A DNA stretch of 64,000 nucleotides from Neoechinorhynchus agilis (Eukaryota > Animalia > Acanthocephala), in contig CM121342.1 in NCBI GenBank assembly GCA_051530055.1, forward strand, positions 2,824,797-2,888,796, given 5' to 3'. The notes under the pieces are model-generated. The model was given only the letters and a program-made list of their open reading frames with translations, had not been told where the DNA came from and made no database searches. The position numbers and the translations under genes are program-made. Every line of letters begins with the position of its first letter. The stretch's first letter is position 1. This document shows positions 21,926-35,362 of the stretch, piece by piece.

Positions 21926-24925
21926 CTATTGCTTACGACTCAAAAGATCACAATACTCTTGAACACTCATCGTTGCGTTGTACATTGATCCTGGCAACAA
22001 TAAACCTATTTTATTAATAGGCAATTCGAGGATCAGATGAAGATTATGAAAGTCTTTTAACTAACCAGCAAATGCTGCATTGACGAGATTCGCGAATACC
22101 GCACATCCAAGCGACCTTATGGCATTTTTTTGAATCGTATTGGCTCGTTTAGGGGCCAATGCTATAAGAACTGAACATAAAAGACCTAAGGAGGCGATGT
22201 TGGCGAATCCGCATAATGCGTAGACCATTATTTTGAAAGATCGTTCCTAAAGGAAATTTGTTTAGGAATACGTTCTGTGTGCCTTACGTCGAATATCATT
22301 GGTTGATCTCCTCTATAAGTGCTTCGATTACAAACGTAACCGTAAAAGGTTCCTCCAGCGATCATGCTATCTTTATGCTTTTTAATCTTTCCTAGATCGA
22401 TAAATGCGAGAAACTATAGGATGGCATTGCAAATCAATGGAAATTATGTTTGCTTGTACCTCATTCATTACAGTTTTTGTACCGAATAACTGTCCGGCTA
22501 CAACGCAATCTTGTCGGTCGATCCCGATCAGCCACATGAATGGGTAAAACACATAACCGAGAAGCACCTTTGAATCAGCGGAAAATTAGAAATTGTGAAA
22601 GTTGCTCTTCAAAAATACTTCATAAAGTGCAGTTGCTAATGTTATTTTCAGAAAATCAGGATTAGCGTAACGATGAATTAATGTAACTTTGAAATTGAAC
22701 CCAAAAATGAAACTAATTTCAACTTACACTGAAAGTGAGGTTTTTAGCAATCACAAGATTGAAAAACCATCCAACAAACTGATCAATTAGATGCAATATA
22801 GACGTTGAAACGATTAGCGTCGCAATTATAGATCCACAGATTTTTAACGAAGCCACTGAACCGCTGAGTATCGATTTTATTATTGACGAGTCATCGTCGC
22901 TGAAATATCAAGGAAGTTAATTTGGTGTTTGAAAATTGGAAAAATACCAAAGACGGTATGTCTTGACGATCTCTTTTGTTGCTCTGCTTACATGGATCTC
23001 TGGATGGGAAATTTTTGATATTAGATAGCTGATAGGCGCCACTAATACGCAAGCTCCCAAAAGCTCTTCAAGTGGAACCTTAAACAGGAGAGGTATAATA
23101 AATGAGGATTTAAATGCATTTAAGAACTTACATTTAGTTTTGTATAAGCTACCAAGATGGAACCGGCCACGGATGCCATACCAGCAGACATTAAAACGGT
23201 TAATTCAGACGCCGTCATTTGCTCCAAAAATGGTTTGACTGCAAGTGGTACTTCTGTCTAGTTGTTTAGATTTTGAAAGCAAATATAGTTAATCGGGGAT
23301 GGTTGAACGCTGAATAGCAGTGATCGTTGATAAACAAAATATGTATGAGGCGTATGAATAATAATAAAAACGAAATTATTTAATATTTAACCTTAAAGTT
23401 TTATAAATTTTATTTACAAAGTTTAAAATAACCGCTCTTGAGCACTAAATATCGATAGGAATTTTTATGAATTTTTAAAAGATGTTTATCTCTATTCTTT
23501 ATAGATAAAAACCGCTAATCAGCCACTTGAAGCTGCTTAGTGTCAAAACTCAATTTCTGTCAGGATGAATCTGAGGAACAAGAAATTTGATTTCATAAGT
23601 ATGTATTTCTTTTTAGGATTGAACTTGCTCATTACGCGAAGGCCATTCATACCATTCCAAGTAAAGTATTCGCTGCTATCGAAATTGATTCAGTTGGACT
23701 AGCACCGATCAGGTTATCAAGAATCATAGACAAAAAATTGATAAACATTTGCATAAGTCCCAAATGGTAGCAAAGATTGATTATACCAGCTAGGAATATT
23801 ATTGAACTTGTTATCTAAAAAATCCAGTGATTTTGTCCAGCAGTTTCTCGTCATAAAAACGTACTTCGATCGCCATTGAATTCCATCCGGCATTATCAGG
23901 CAGCAAGTATGATGAATTTACTAGAGTGAAATTTACTGGAAACTTGTAGAGCGATCCATAAACTGCAGCCATTCCATGGTCGGTTGAACTCAAGAATAGC
24001 TTGACCTTATCGCTCAAATATTTAATGATAAATTGACCTGTTGACGTCTTCAGAATAACCAGAGAAATCGCAACTTCGAAAACCAATGAAGATGTCACTA
24101 TTTTCCAATTGACCTTCAAGCTAATCGTTTAATAGAAGAAAGTTTCAATATCTTACCATAAAAGGTGTTTTTGAGCTGACAAAGACAATTCCAAGCATTA
24201 CGATAATTCCAAGAAAACCCTGATACCAATTATGGCTCCTTTCACGTGCCATAAAAAATATAAGAGCCATCAGAATGCCAACACTTGCTGCCACCCTTGT
24301 CCATCTTAGCAATTAGGGAGTATAATTTGAAAATAAGATCTAAGACTCACCTGACGACGAAGTTAAATCTTTTTTTATTTTTACTTTTGTCAAATTTTGG
24401 TTTAACGCGGCGAAACAGTTTATTTAGGATATCTAACTTTAATATAAGAATTATCAATATGATGATAGTCATAATAAATAGATCTAAACGTTAGAATAAA
24501 CCAAAACATGTTATATTATTAAGCAAATACCTTTTCCTTGCGAATGTCCAAATGACTCCGACATGGCGAACCCGAAATAAACTAAATAGGCTACCGCCAG
24601 GAGCCACTTAAAGGCATTCTTTAAGTGACGCTAAACATCATCCAAAAATAACGGAAAAAATATTTCTCCAGCGCGTTTAGAACCTTTATAGGCGATTTCT
24701 TTACTTTTTCCTTATATCCATTGAAGTAAAGTGCCATCTTCTCAATAAATTTATTATGTTTATGTGGCAATCTTTCAAAAGCAATTCCATCGTCGTCTTC
24801 ATAAATGTCAAGTTCCATTTCGAAATTGTAAGACCCTCTTACGTTATCCGTTTCGAGTTGGAGACTAAATACACTTTTTATTTTCTGAGAATAAAATAGT
24901 TAAAAAAATCGCCTAACCTTTCCAT
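21926..24925 (-). CDS. SLC28: Concentrative nucleoside transporter (SLC28/CNT family), multi-exon
   Basis: Spliced minus-strand exons give VNWKIV, YHLGLMQ, GASPTESISIAAN, TEVPLAVKPFL, SAGMASVAGS, YVFYPFMWLIGI, VMNE, YALCGFANIASLG, all with canonical GT-AG introns. The start at 24925 is tentative. Confidence 0.92.
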
Positions 24926-25564
24926 GAGTAAAACCAAAATTTTCTTGTAAAAACTAGTGCACGCCGACCAAGACGACTTTTTGATTATATTTATCCGAGC
25001 ATGTCAACACAAGGTCTTCATATTTAAGTCTATGTGGATTGTAGATGACTTTTAAAGCACGACCTACGTCGTTTCGAAAATGTTGTAATAGTTACGCTCA
25101 AAAAATATAAAATATTTCGCGATCTAACGCCTAATTTAAGCATACATTTGAGGACAATAACGATCAAAAATCAATATGTCGATAAAAAAAGTTAATATTC
25201 TAGAACCGTCGGTAAAAATAAAACTGCGAAAATAAATTAGCATGTCTACAACAAACCATGATTAGAACTTTCAAATAAAAATTTTCGGTACAATATAAAG
25301 ACTTAGTGCGCAAAGCCGAGTTGAATCATTGCATTGATATTAGTGAAAAGCTGCAAATATAGCATTTTATTCAACGTATAATTTCAATTATTTAAAAATT
25401 TCGTGTTCCCGCAAGATAATTTGCTCGAAATTTCAACCTTTGGCAGATGATCAATAAAGAAAACACGCATTGATTTTAAATACCGCAAGTGAAAATTTAA
25501 TTGCTCAACAATGAAGTGAGAAAAATTCTCGGTGGATTTATTTATAACTTTTAAAAACGCTCAT

Positions 25565-25680
25565 TACAATCACCACCGTCCGCAAAATCTTAGCTTCTCT
25601 CCTTCCTCGGCTGTCGTTATCACGCTTGCAGCATTGCCTCGTTGTACTGCGAGCGAGAAGCTTAAGTCCACATTCATCGT
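25565..25680 (-). mobile_element. Short duplicate of the 3' end of the CRE-like element at 26150-27200
   Basis: caccaccgtccgcaaaatcttagcttctctccttcctcg occurs at both ~25570 and ~26193. Confidence 0.7.
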
Positions 25681-25894
25681 TTTTTTACGGCGAGCAGCAT
25701 TTAGGCGATAGTAAACACTTCAAAACTTAGGACGAATTCGGTCGGTCGAAATTAGAAATAAAACTTTAAGCTACTTCACCAAAATCTTGGAAAAAATGAC
25801 ATTAATTCGGTGACGTATTTACCTAGGAAGTTTCGTTTTCTCGTAAAAGAACGAGGTCACAACACGATTTTTTGTAAAAAGGTAGACGAACTCA

Positions 25895-26150
25895 CATATT
25901 TAAAAACTTACAAGCAGTAAGTATTGGCGCGCAACCAAAGCCCAATGACGACCGAAGATGCGATTGCATCTCAGAGGGCACATTGAAAAATGAAAAATAA
26001 TCGGTGGGGAAGGTTTTACACGAGGCACCCATTGATTGGAAGGTTCATGGTTCCTCTTCTTTTTTCAATAATGAAACTTAGAATTCAATTGGGATTTCAT
26101 TGAAGGTGGGATTTTACCTTTAAAAAGATTAAGAACATTTTCATATATTA
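25895..26150 (+). repeat. Dispersed repeat family (non-autonomous element)
   Basis: Core gaccgaagatgcgattgcatctcagagggcaca recurs at ~39590-39850 (-), ~40040-40170 (+), ~47530-47860 (-) and ~49508-49620 (+). A related segment lies at ~27225-27370. Confidence 0.75.
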
Positions 26151-27200
26151 AACTTTTATTTGTAGAACTTAATAAAGTACAAAACGCGCAATCACCACCG
26201 TCCGCAAAATCTTAGCTTCTCTCCTTCCTCGACCGTCGCTATCGCGCTTGCAGCATTGCCTCGTTGTGCTGCCAGCGAGATATTTTGTCGAAGGAATACA
26301 CCTGCTCGTGCGTCGCCGGTCGTTTCTCTCAATTTCTTCGAGAGATCTTGGAGCAGAGTGAGTGCCGAGCTGCCAAGCGATCCATACGTCTCTACTCCGA
26401 AGGGGACAAAATAGTGGGCTCCTGGTTAGGCTGTATCTCCAGCTTTTTCGAGAGTAGGGAATGTTGCTTACTGCGAAAGTGTCCACAATCGTTGCCTCCC
26501 AGAGAAGGCATTTGCCCTCCCGCCACGGAAAGACCGAAATTCCGTCTGGTCGACGACCGTCTAGTCAACAAAGATGGGCGGGTTCAAAGATGTTGGGGAA
26601 GTTCGCCGTTCTCAACGCCCGAGAAATTACGCTTTTGATCTCAGAATGGCATTAGAACCTTTCTCCTGACTTTCGGCAAACGGGGCCGTGTCGCCCGAAA
26701 GCACCAACCAAAGACCCACATCGACAGCGATGTCGTGTGCATATCGAGAGACCAAGTCTTAAGGACACTGCGATCCTCGTTACCTCGTCCGTGAGAAGAG
26801 TTCTCACAGATGCCAGAGGAACAGCTTCCAACCACGCCCCAGATTCTCGTGTCGAAACTGCCAACAATCTAGCTCGGACGACCCCATCGCGAGAACCTGA
26901 AAGTAGAGAGCTGTGAGCTCTCGCGACGAGAGGCCTGCCCCAGATCGACTGTCTGATGCCATTCACGGGAACATGGTTAGCGCCTATCTGCTGGCGCCAT
27001 TCCTCAACCGCCACCACAAAGTCTTGGTCAAGACAAAACTTTTCCCCCGGAATTATCTTCGCTATCGGTTGACTCCCTTCATACGATCCAAGAAAGGCTG
27101 GCAAACCAAATTCTACTAGCGCCCGAATGCCCAATACCCCAGATGACACAAGCAATGAAGCTTGTCGCTACGCCTCATCTGAGAGCTGGACATTTAAAAA
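26150..27200 (-). mobile_element. CRE-clade non-LTR retrotransposon 3' part (Zn knuckle and restriction-like endonuclease), degenerate
   Basis: RARLLAVSTRESGAWLEAVP, IAVSLRLGLSIC...CRCG...HGPVC, RRPDG...WEATIVDT, with internal stops. Confidence 0.85.
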
Positions 27201-27512
27201 ACGCTCGAGACAAGCCCTCGATCAGAATCTTGGATTCGATTCAATAAAAGATCGGTGCTGTACGGGCGGTTGCCGGGGATGACATTATTTGTCTTTTTAA
27301 GATAGGAGAAAAGTTAAACTCTCCCATCGATGGATTAGCTTAAAACCCGGCGGAAATCAAGTTTGTTTTAAAGCCCTCGATTTTCTCGTTCTTTACTGAC
27401 CAAAAAAAGAACGCTCCTTGTCGAATGCGTTTCAACTTTAAACTATAAATTCGTGTTCTTTTTAAAAACCTCCATTTTCGTTAAAAGTTTCCTAAAAAAC
27501 AATAATTGAAAA

Positions 27513-28466
27513 ATGCCCAAAAGATCAACTCTATATTTTTATGCTTTGGACTACCGTCGGGGTATTGGTTGTGATATGACAATAAAGGAAGCCATCGATT
27601 GTTCATGTGGACAATTTAAGAGTCTTAGTGTCGAAGAACGAGCGAAATACGAAGCGAAAGCGAATAAGTGGCGCGAGGAGAACCATCGTTGAAACCCAGA
27701 TATCAATTTTATGGGTCAACAAATAGAACAAGCAATTGATTTTGTAGATCAGGCAATAAGTCTTCAAGAGATGAATGCGAACATATGTGAGAGTCTTATT
27801 GATTATATAATGGACGGCGATGATATTGATTTGTTTTTGATTTTGTATCTATTTTTTATTACACAGCCTCAAACATCCACAAAAAATAATTAACACAAAT
27901 GCACCGTTCTTCCTTTTTTATAGTTGTTGGTCGAGACCAATCGAGGCAGCGAATAAAGCTGAGTGTCGGATTGATCAAATTTCTCAGTATTGCCTCTGAA
28001 TAATATGAAAACCATGCGCAATTAATTGCAATACTACATAGCGCAAAAGTCCAATATTATACGGGTAAACATGTCGCTGCCGAGTTTGCATTGTGCAAAA
28101 TTGGTTCAAAAGGCAAATACGAGTGTTCAATTATTGATCCGGGTAAGATTCCGACTGGATGTTTAGCGGGCACAAAAGAGTCCGAAGAGGTCCATCACAT
28201 TCCAGCTGATATGAGCGAGCTTAGAGAATTGAAAGGAACAGGAAACTACGAAAATTATGTTGGTTCATTTGAGGGTCGAGTTCATCAAGGTGAACCTCCT
28301 GATTTTAAAACAGTACCGAGAGTGCCCTTAAAAACGCTGATAATATATTGTTCACACCTTGGAAGATAACCGATACATCACCGAGGACTATGAAGCTATC
28401 CTCGATTTTGAGGGGCGCTGGCACGTGTACACAAAGCAACCACAACAACAAATATATGTTTAAAGG
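27513..28466 (+). pseudogene. mael: maelstrom-like gene (HMG box and partial MAEL domain), disrupted
   Basis: MPKRSTLYFYALDY...MTIKEAIDCSCGQFKSLSVEERAKYE resembles the Mael HMG box. HVAAEFALCKIG...SIIDPGKIPTGC...VHHIP resembles the MAEL domain. There is an in-frame TGA at ~27690 and at least one frameshift. Confidence 0.65.
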
Positions 28467-29039
28467 TTAATGTAGTTTGTTGTTTGCAAACTTACAAATA
28501 ATACATTAACATTTTTTTGGACACGTGTATTGTTATTGAACGTTTTTCCTCAAATATTTGATTTATTGGAAATATTTCACAAGGTAACCTCGCCTCATCA
28601 TTCATTGTTTGTAAGTTTTATCAACTGGACCCGGATTATTTTCACCAAAAGTATACTTTGATTATCCCGAAGGATTTTCTATCGATTGTATACATTAATG
28701 TTTCGATCGTTTTCATTTTAAGGCATTATATCGTACTCTTTTGATTGTGAGGTCAAAACAGAAGATTTTTGGTTGGACAATAGCAAAGTGCATATAATGC
28801 ATTCAATGGAGTCGTCATTAAAAGATGATTATACGAAATAAACGACATTCTTGTTCACAGATTTAATAAAAATAATCCAAAGTTCACTTCATCGCCCACA
28901 AGTCTACCATTAATGCGTAACCATTTTGGCAGTAATCCGTGAAGAGTGACTCCATCCGCCATGGCAATTAATTGGATTAAATGCTATATGAAGTTCAATA
29001 TTTTAAATCTCAAAGATAATAATATAATAACACTTTTAT

Positions 29040-29770
29040 TGGATACAAAGAAAGGTTTAGGAGGACCCATGTACCTTTGGGTCCTCCTCCGTTAATGTGG
29101 GAATATGCAGTCGAGGAATGCCCGTTTGGGAGGTAATATCTGGTCGGAGGGATGTCTATTCGAGTAGGAACTATCGAGTCGAGGATGATCGTTCGGGTGA
29201 GGATGCGTCCGTTCGATTAAGAATATCCGGTCGGGTTGGAAGGCCCGTTCTTGTGGTAATTGGTGTTTATTGTTTGCAGGAGCGCTTGTGAGGTTGGTCT
29301 TTCCTCAGAATCATTTCAGGTTCTGATATTCGTTCGAAGATTGGGCAGCATGGAAAAAAGCGCGTAGATATAGTGAGGTGCGCGGTTGAGGGAGGGTGAA
29401 ACGAATTAGGATGACGAGTGTTGTGCTCGTGTGAAAAGGGAGCGATATGTGGAAGAAATTGTAGTGGTAGGGTCGAGAGGCGTTTTCATTATGGTCGAGT
29501 GAAGGGATTCCTAAATGTCGGAGGCGTTTGAAGGGATAAATCTTAAAGGTGTTGAGTTTGAGAGAGAGAGTGAAATGTGCGAGTTCTATTTCAAATTTGA
29601 TTGAAATTGGATACCCAGAATTCTTAGTAAGGTTGCTCGTAGGATGTCATTTAGAAGCTCAGGGGATGATGTGGGGTTGGGGGAGGGAGAGGGGATCATT
29701 TCGAAGCATTTAGAGAAATTAAGGTAGAGTTTGTGATTGGTGCAGAATCGTAGCTGCACATTCACCCTAT
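29040..29770 (-). mobile_element. 3' end of a CR1/L2-like LINE
   Basis: Minus-strand LRILGIQFQSNLK (late RT motif), C-rich tail and terminal hairpin gaggaccca...tgggtcctc. Confidence 0.55.
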
Positions 29771-29829
29771 AATTACAAATTATCGCAACTGATCGCAGGG
29801 TTTCTGAAAACATGCCCACCGGAGTCAAA

Positions 29830-31120
29830 CAACGTGGTCATATCTGGAGTAGATTTTATCAATCGGCTAAACAGGAAGTCAATTTATGATTCGTGCATTA
29901 TGATCTCAGCGGATGTAGTATCCCTCCTCACAAGAATACCAGTGGAAGATGCCATTGAACTTGCTATCCCACTACTAATGGAGAGTAGCAGTCAATGGAA
30001 TCTGTCAGCTGCCAACTGGCGAAAGTTCTCTTTTGCACGAAATTCTCTCATTTCGAATTTGAAGGACAGAACTTCGATCAGGTTGATGGCCTAGCAATGG
30101 GAAGTCCACTTTCTCCGGTCCTAGCTGAGCTGTATATGAGACACTGGGAAGACTCAAATCTATCTAAACTGACAGGGATACAATTTTGGTGTCGTTATGT
30201 GGATGACACCTTTATCATATTAGACCAAAACGATTGCACCGTTACTCGACTACAACAGGAGCTAAATGAAAGAGATCCCAACATACAATGGACATGTGAA
30301 AGGGAGGATTGTGGAGTTTTACCATTTTTGGATATGAAAGTTAGTAGGAACCAGGATTGTACATTCTCAACTGCGGTCTACATCAAACATGGTGTGTCAT
30401 CTCAAATAGTACCTTGGGTTTCAGCCGCGTAAATATAAGATATCGAGAGTTCGATCACTGGTTAACCGAGCATACAGACATTGCTCGAATGCGTATTACC
30501 TAAATGATGAACTAGATCGATTATGGAATGTGTTCAAAAAAGCAGGCTATCCAAGAAAACTATTATTATGGACATGGAAAAATGTCCAGCAAACTATCCG
30601 ACGGCCACCCACAAAAGATCGGGATATCGTTCCTTCAACGAATGCAGACACCCGATATATTGAAGTTCCATATATTAACGAGAATTGGAACTGTTATATT
30701 GAAACCTTGGTCAAACGACTCGATGGGAAGAAGGAGTGTGTTCTATATTGCAAGAAGAGACAGACAATGTACAGCATGTTGCAACCTAAAAGAACAGTTG
30801 ATGGTGCAACAGAGTGTGTTTATAAAATCCCCTGCAGGGATTGTGATCAATCGTATGTAGGACGAACAATCTCAAGAGGCGTCTAGTTGAACACCGGAGA
30901 GCTGTCTCCAAACAAATGGATACGAAGTCCGCGATTGTACATCATACGATTGAGAGTGGACACCAAATCGATTTTGGAGCAACTGAGGTTCTCGCAGAGT
31001 GTAGAAACCGACGGGATAGAACGACGATGGAGGCGATGTTTATCCAAAGGGCGATAACACACTCCACATACGCGTTCCGCTAGATATCGTTCCAAAAGGA
31101 CATAGGATTTGCGACTGATA
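29830..31120 (+). mobile_element. Penelope-like retroelement (RT and GIY-YIG), frameshifted
   Basis: SADVVSLLTRIP, GLAMGSPLSPVLAELYM, RYVDDTF, LPFLDM, CVYKIPCRDCDQSYVGRT. Confidence 0.92.
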
Positions 31121-31409
31121 CATTTTGGATAATCTGAAGAAGGCCTACGCTAAGGCCGAAAATTCACAATAAAATTCAATTTCTCAGTTCTTATTTTCTT
31201 CACTATATTTTATCAACAATGTTAAATATATATTCGAGTTCAGGGTTTTTAAGTGATTTTTATGCGCTTCCCTAGCCCACATCATTGGGCTGTGTTCCCA
31301 AGAAAAAATTATCAGCCGTGAAAATGGCCGCACTTAGACCTTAAAAAATAGAATATTGTAACAGTATTGTTTATTTTATCGGTTGATTTCAGAAGCGTTT
31401 TTTTTAATT

Positions 31410-32135
31410 TCGTCATTGAAAAGCTGATAAAATCAACCAATGAGCGTACGAGCGGTTTGCTCCGCTTTTATCTACATTTCTAGTTGTATAATCAAGAAAC
31501 TTGCGTGCTGCGAATTATTTTATCGTCAATAGAGATGTTCAGCAGTACAGTTTAAAGCAATCATTACGTTTATTTTATTCTTTGGCTGATGTTACGGCAA
31601 AATGGACGGATAAATCTGTTTTTTTATTGAAAGTTTCATAGTCGCGAATGAATTTTGATTCAAAGTAAGATCGATCAGTGGAAGATCACATTATTGTCCA
31701 TTGCTAAGAAAAAGATTTCGGTCGTTTTTTGACTTTATAGAAAATTGTTCACAAATCTATCGACCTTATTTTTTAAAGAAATAAGATAGGTCGACGAAAA
31801 GCGATGTTGTATTTAAATGTATAAATTTCCCTGGTGATGAATCGTACTTGTTTAATATCATTCAATTTTAATCAAGGTCCTCTTAAATACAATGGGTTTT
31901 TGTCGTTATTGGACTTTCCACCGTTGTCGAAAATTAACTGTTAGTAAACTTTTCAAACTTTCAACGGTTGCTTTCTTCTCAAAAATATGAATTTTCGACG
32001 TATTAACCTTCTTTTTTTCGAAACCTATTATTAGTCGTCGTATGCACTTTTGAAAAACTTTGGAATCGTTTTTAGAATCTAATAACCAAGAATTAGGCGT
32101 TTACTTTTTGGCTCCTAATTTTTTTGCCAGTTTAA
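31410..32135 (+). repeat. ~730-bp block duplicated in direct orientation at ~36085-36790
   Basis: attgaaaagctgataaaatcaaccaatgagc... through ...tttagaatctaataacca is co-linear in both places with scattered substitutions. Confidence 0.9.
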
Positions 32136-32559
32136 ACCTTAAAACAATTAAGTTCTTTACGTAACATTCAGGCGGATTGCATTTGGCTAATTTCAAAGCG
32201 AGAATCGATGTTTTATTCGTTGAATGCCGAATAAGTTTAAAGCGTAAATACTTACCGCTATGCCAAATTCGACATTTTGGGTTTTATGGACCTTTTCTTC
32301 CCATTTCCACCAGCAAATAAAATAGCACAACAGTGCAATATTCTTCGTCCGTTTAACGATCCAAAATTAATAGTGAAATCTTTTAGTTTATCAATGCTGC
32401 ACTTGGAGACGCCGAACTCTTTAATTTTTTCCCAAAGATATTGAATCGCCAGTTGAGCTTTTCATCTCGATTGCTTCGGTTCCTAGTGAAGATCCTACTT
32501 TCATTCGCGATTCCATTCCAGGTACTGATTCACCGGACGACACGATCGGATAATTTTCA

Positions 32560-33080
32560 GGTTCTGAATAAAGTTTACAATTTTAACAACAATAGACATA
32601 ACATTTTGCAGGTTATCGTCTTTAAGTTTTTATACAAAGCTTGCTGGTGAATAATACAATGATAAGCTCGGAAAATCGTAATTGGCTACCAGCAACACAA
32701 TCTGGCCTTTTCTCCGTCCAACCATTATTGACCGATAAGAACTTTCTCATATAGTTATCATTGCTTAATAAAAATTCCTTCGGTGTCTTTTATATATATC
32801 GTTGCCGGCCAGCAATTGTTTTTTAAATTTATGTTTCAAGTAAATTCCAAACCAAATTACGAGTTTTTCTGTGTCGATGAATTCCTTTAATCGAAAAGCA
32901 ACTGCTCAATTATGTTCCGCGATACAATATCAAAAGGTAATGCTACGGCCCGATGAAATAGCTGAATATTTGAGCCCGCCACCATTCGAGCTCTCACATT
33001 TTTTTTGCTCAGTTGGTTGATTAAAACTCTGAATTTTGTTTTCTGAGAGCGCATTAACCAGCTAGACCTAAAGATCAAAC
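32560..33080 (-). mobile_element. hAT (Buster/SPIN-like) transposase fragment
   Basis: MVGRRKG, HCIIHQQAL and VMSIVVKIVNFI, with frameshifts. Confidence 0.75.
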
Positions 33081-33637
33081 AAATACAAAAAAAAGATCAT
33101 ATTCATAGGATTACGAAAAATCAAGAATTTTGCGAAAAATAGAACTAAAAAAGATTTGAAAAACTTAAAAATCCGTTAGCTCTGCGGCAATTTTAAATCA
33201 GTCCGCAAGTAAATAACACTGGTCAACTGCATGGATTAGAATTTTTTATTGCCGTGGATAATGGAACTTCAGAAGATTGAGATTATGAGAGATGTATTAA
33301 ACGATTATTTAGAAGTATAAATGGCCACTGAAAATTCTCTAAATAAGCTTTAAGTAATGAATTTCGTACAAATGAAGTCGATTTACTCTAGACTTTCATT
33401 ATGTTAAGCGTAAAGATTAATATTTGCTGCATAAATAAGCTTGGTTCAAAGTAAATACATGCCAAGATGTCTGCTTTTACTTACCGAATTTTAATAAAAA
33501 TCGAGGCACGGTTCCAATGCCCACTTCACTTTCAATAGAATTATAAGTAAAACTTTATAATTTTTTTAAAACAAAAGCACAAATAAAGCATTTATAACGT
33601 TTTTTGTAATAAGACCATAATCGTCGGCTTTTCAACA

Positions 33638-35362
33638 TTATCTTCTATCGTAAAAGCTCCGTGATTTACTGAAGTTTCTATTTCGGCTCTGTTCCGTGTC
33701 GCGATTGTAGTAAACGTCTTGTCGGCCTTCCTGGTAATTCCATGCTCGATATTCTCGCTCGTACATTCGATCGTCGCGATTTGAATGCTGCCGGTTCATC
33801 GGGAACTGCCTCATGTTATAATGTTGTTGTCTCGTTGTAGAGTCCTGCCAACGTGACCTTCGTTCGTCATTGTCCCTTGAGTTATAATTTACTCTACCAT
33901 CTTGCCGATGTCTATTATTATTATCGTTTTGTCGATAATTCGAGTATTGATTTCTAGAACGAACTTGATCCAGCGGTCTTTGGGTTTGAAATCTCGGTCG
34001 TGAGGATTCACCTCGCTCGCCAAATCGATCGGCAATGAATTGATTGCGACTAGCGTTCGGTGGCTGAAGTGTTCTGCTTCTTGGAGTATCTAATCGTTCC
34101 GTCTCATTTTGGACATCCCTCCTTTGTTGGCTTTGTGAATCTCGACAATGCGCCGACGGTGGCCTGTGTTCAGCAGATTCATGAGAAACATCGGTTTGCT
34201 GGTTAGCCGGAATTCGCCGTTCATTTTGGTTCGATTTTGATCGATGAGCCGTATTTTTGTCATCATTTACAGTCTGTGTATCAACGGCATTATCAATTTG
34301 AGGATTGGATTTTTTGTTGCATTCGCTTCGGCTCGGTTCAGTGTTGCGATTGTAGTAAACTTCTTGTCGGCCCTCCTGGTAATTCCGTGCTCGATAATCT
34401 CGCTCGAGCATTCGATCGTCGTAATTTGAATGCTGCCGGTTCATCGGAAACTGCCTCTGGTTATAATGTTGTTGTCTCGTTACAGAGTCCTGCCAACGGG
34501 ACCTCCGTTCACCATTGTCCCTTGAGTTATAATTTAATCTACTATCTTGCTGATGTCTGTTATTGTGGTTTTGTCGATAATTTGAGTATTGATTTCTAGA
34601 ATCAACTTGATCATGCGGTCTCTGGGTCTGAAATCTCGGTCCGGATGATTCACTTCGCTCGCCCAATTGATCGGCCAAGAATTGATTGCGATTCGAGTTC
34701 GGTCGATGAACTGTACTGCTTCTTGGAGTATCTGATCGCTCCGTCTCATTTTTGGCATCCCTCCTTTGTTGGGTTTGAAAATCTCGACAATGCGCCGGCG
34801 GCGGCCTGTGTCCAGCAAATTCATGAGAAATATTAGTTTTTTGTTTGGCCGAAATTTCGTCTTCAATTTGGTTACATTTTGATCGATGAACCATATTATT
34901 GTTATCATTTGAAGTCTGTGTATCCGGGGCATTATCGATTTGAGAGTTGCATTTTTTGTTGCGTTCGCAGTCACTGCAATATTCGGACTCATCGGACCCA
35001 TCGTTGCACTCAACACAAACATCAACTGCCGTAGTTACAGGACTATCGTTTTCGTGTTCCTTGGTATCTTGTACATCATTACTTCCATCAATTAGACAAT
35101 TTATATTTCGCTCAATATCGCGATTTCGGTCAGAATAAAGTCCCAGCTCTCTCTCCGTGTCGGAAGGAATTATTGTGTTAGCTGAACTTATTCTTACACC
35201 ATTCGAATCGTTTCCTTTTGCTGATTTCTCGGAGCTCTCATTAATGATTTCTGGTTGACCAACGAGCTCCTGCGTCCACGTACCATCTGGTAATTGGTAA
35301 CTTGGGATGTGAAATGTGCCGGTTTCTGGATCGAACACTACTTCAGGTAATCTATTTGACAT
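33638..35362 (-). CDS. 574-aa intronless R/Q/N/D/S-rich low-complexity protein with a ~214-aa internal duplication
   Basis: Long open frame in AT-rich DNA, starting with ATG. The repeat offset is 642 nt (ggcattatc at 34286 and 34928) and keeps the frame despite divergence. Confidence 0.75.
   Translation of the reverse strand: MSNRLPEVVFDPETGTFHIPSYQLPDGTWTQELVGQPEIINESSEKSAKGNDSNGVRISSANTIIPSDTERELGLYSDRNRDIERNINCLIDGSNDVQDTKEHENDSPVTTAVDVCVECNDGSDESEYCSDCERNKKCNSQIDNAPDTQTSNDNNNMVHRSKCNQIEDEISAKQKTNISHEFAGHRPPPAHCRDFQTQQRRDAKNETERSDTPRSSTVHRPNSNRNQFLADQLGERSESSGPRFQTQRPHDQVDSRNQYSNYRQNHNNRHQQDSRLNYNSRDNGERRSRWQDSVTRQQHYNQRQFPMNRQHSNYDDRMLERDYRARNYQEGRQEVYYNRNTEPSRSECNKKSNPQIDNAVDTQTVNDDKNTAHRSKSNQNERRIPANQQTDVSHESAEHRPPSAHCRDSQSQQRRDVQNETERLDTPRSRTLQPPNASRNQFIADRFGERGESSRPRFQTQRPLDQVRSRNQYSNYRQNDNNNRHRQDGRVNYNSRDNDERRSRWQDSTTRQQHYNMRQFPMNRQHSNRDDRMYEREYRAWNYQEGRQDVYYNRDTEQSRNRNFSKSRSFYDRR

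Noticed and set aside
24619-24683. 65-nt SLC28 intron flanked by a TAAAG direct repeat with a weak ctaaac/gtttag inverted pair
   Set aside because: It has proper GT-AG ends and only weak pairing, so it is not counted among the TA-hairpin inserts.
27919-28005. 85-nt TA...TA segment in the mael-like gene whose removal restores the frame
   Set aside because: The internal hairpin is off-centre with no terminal inverted repeat, and the gene has other lesions. A simple frameshift is more parsimonious.
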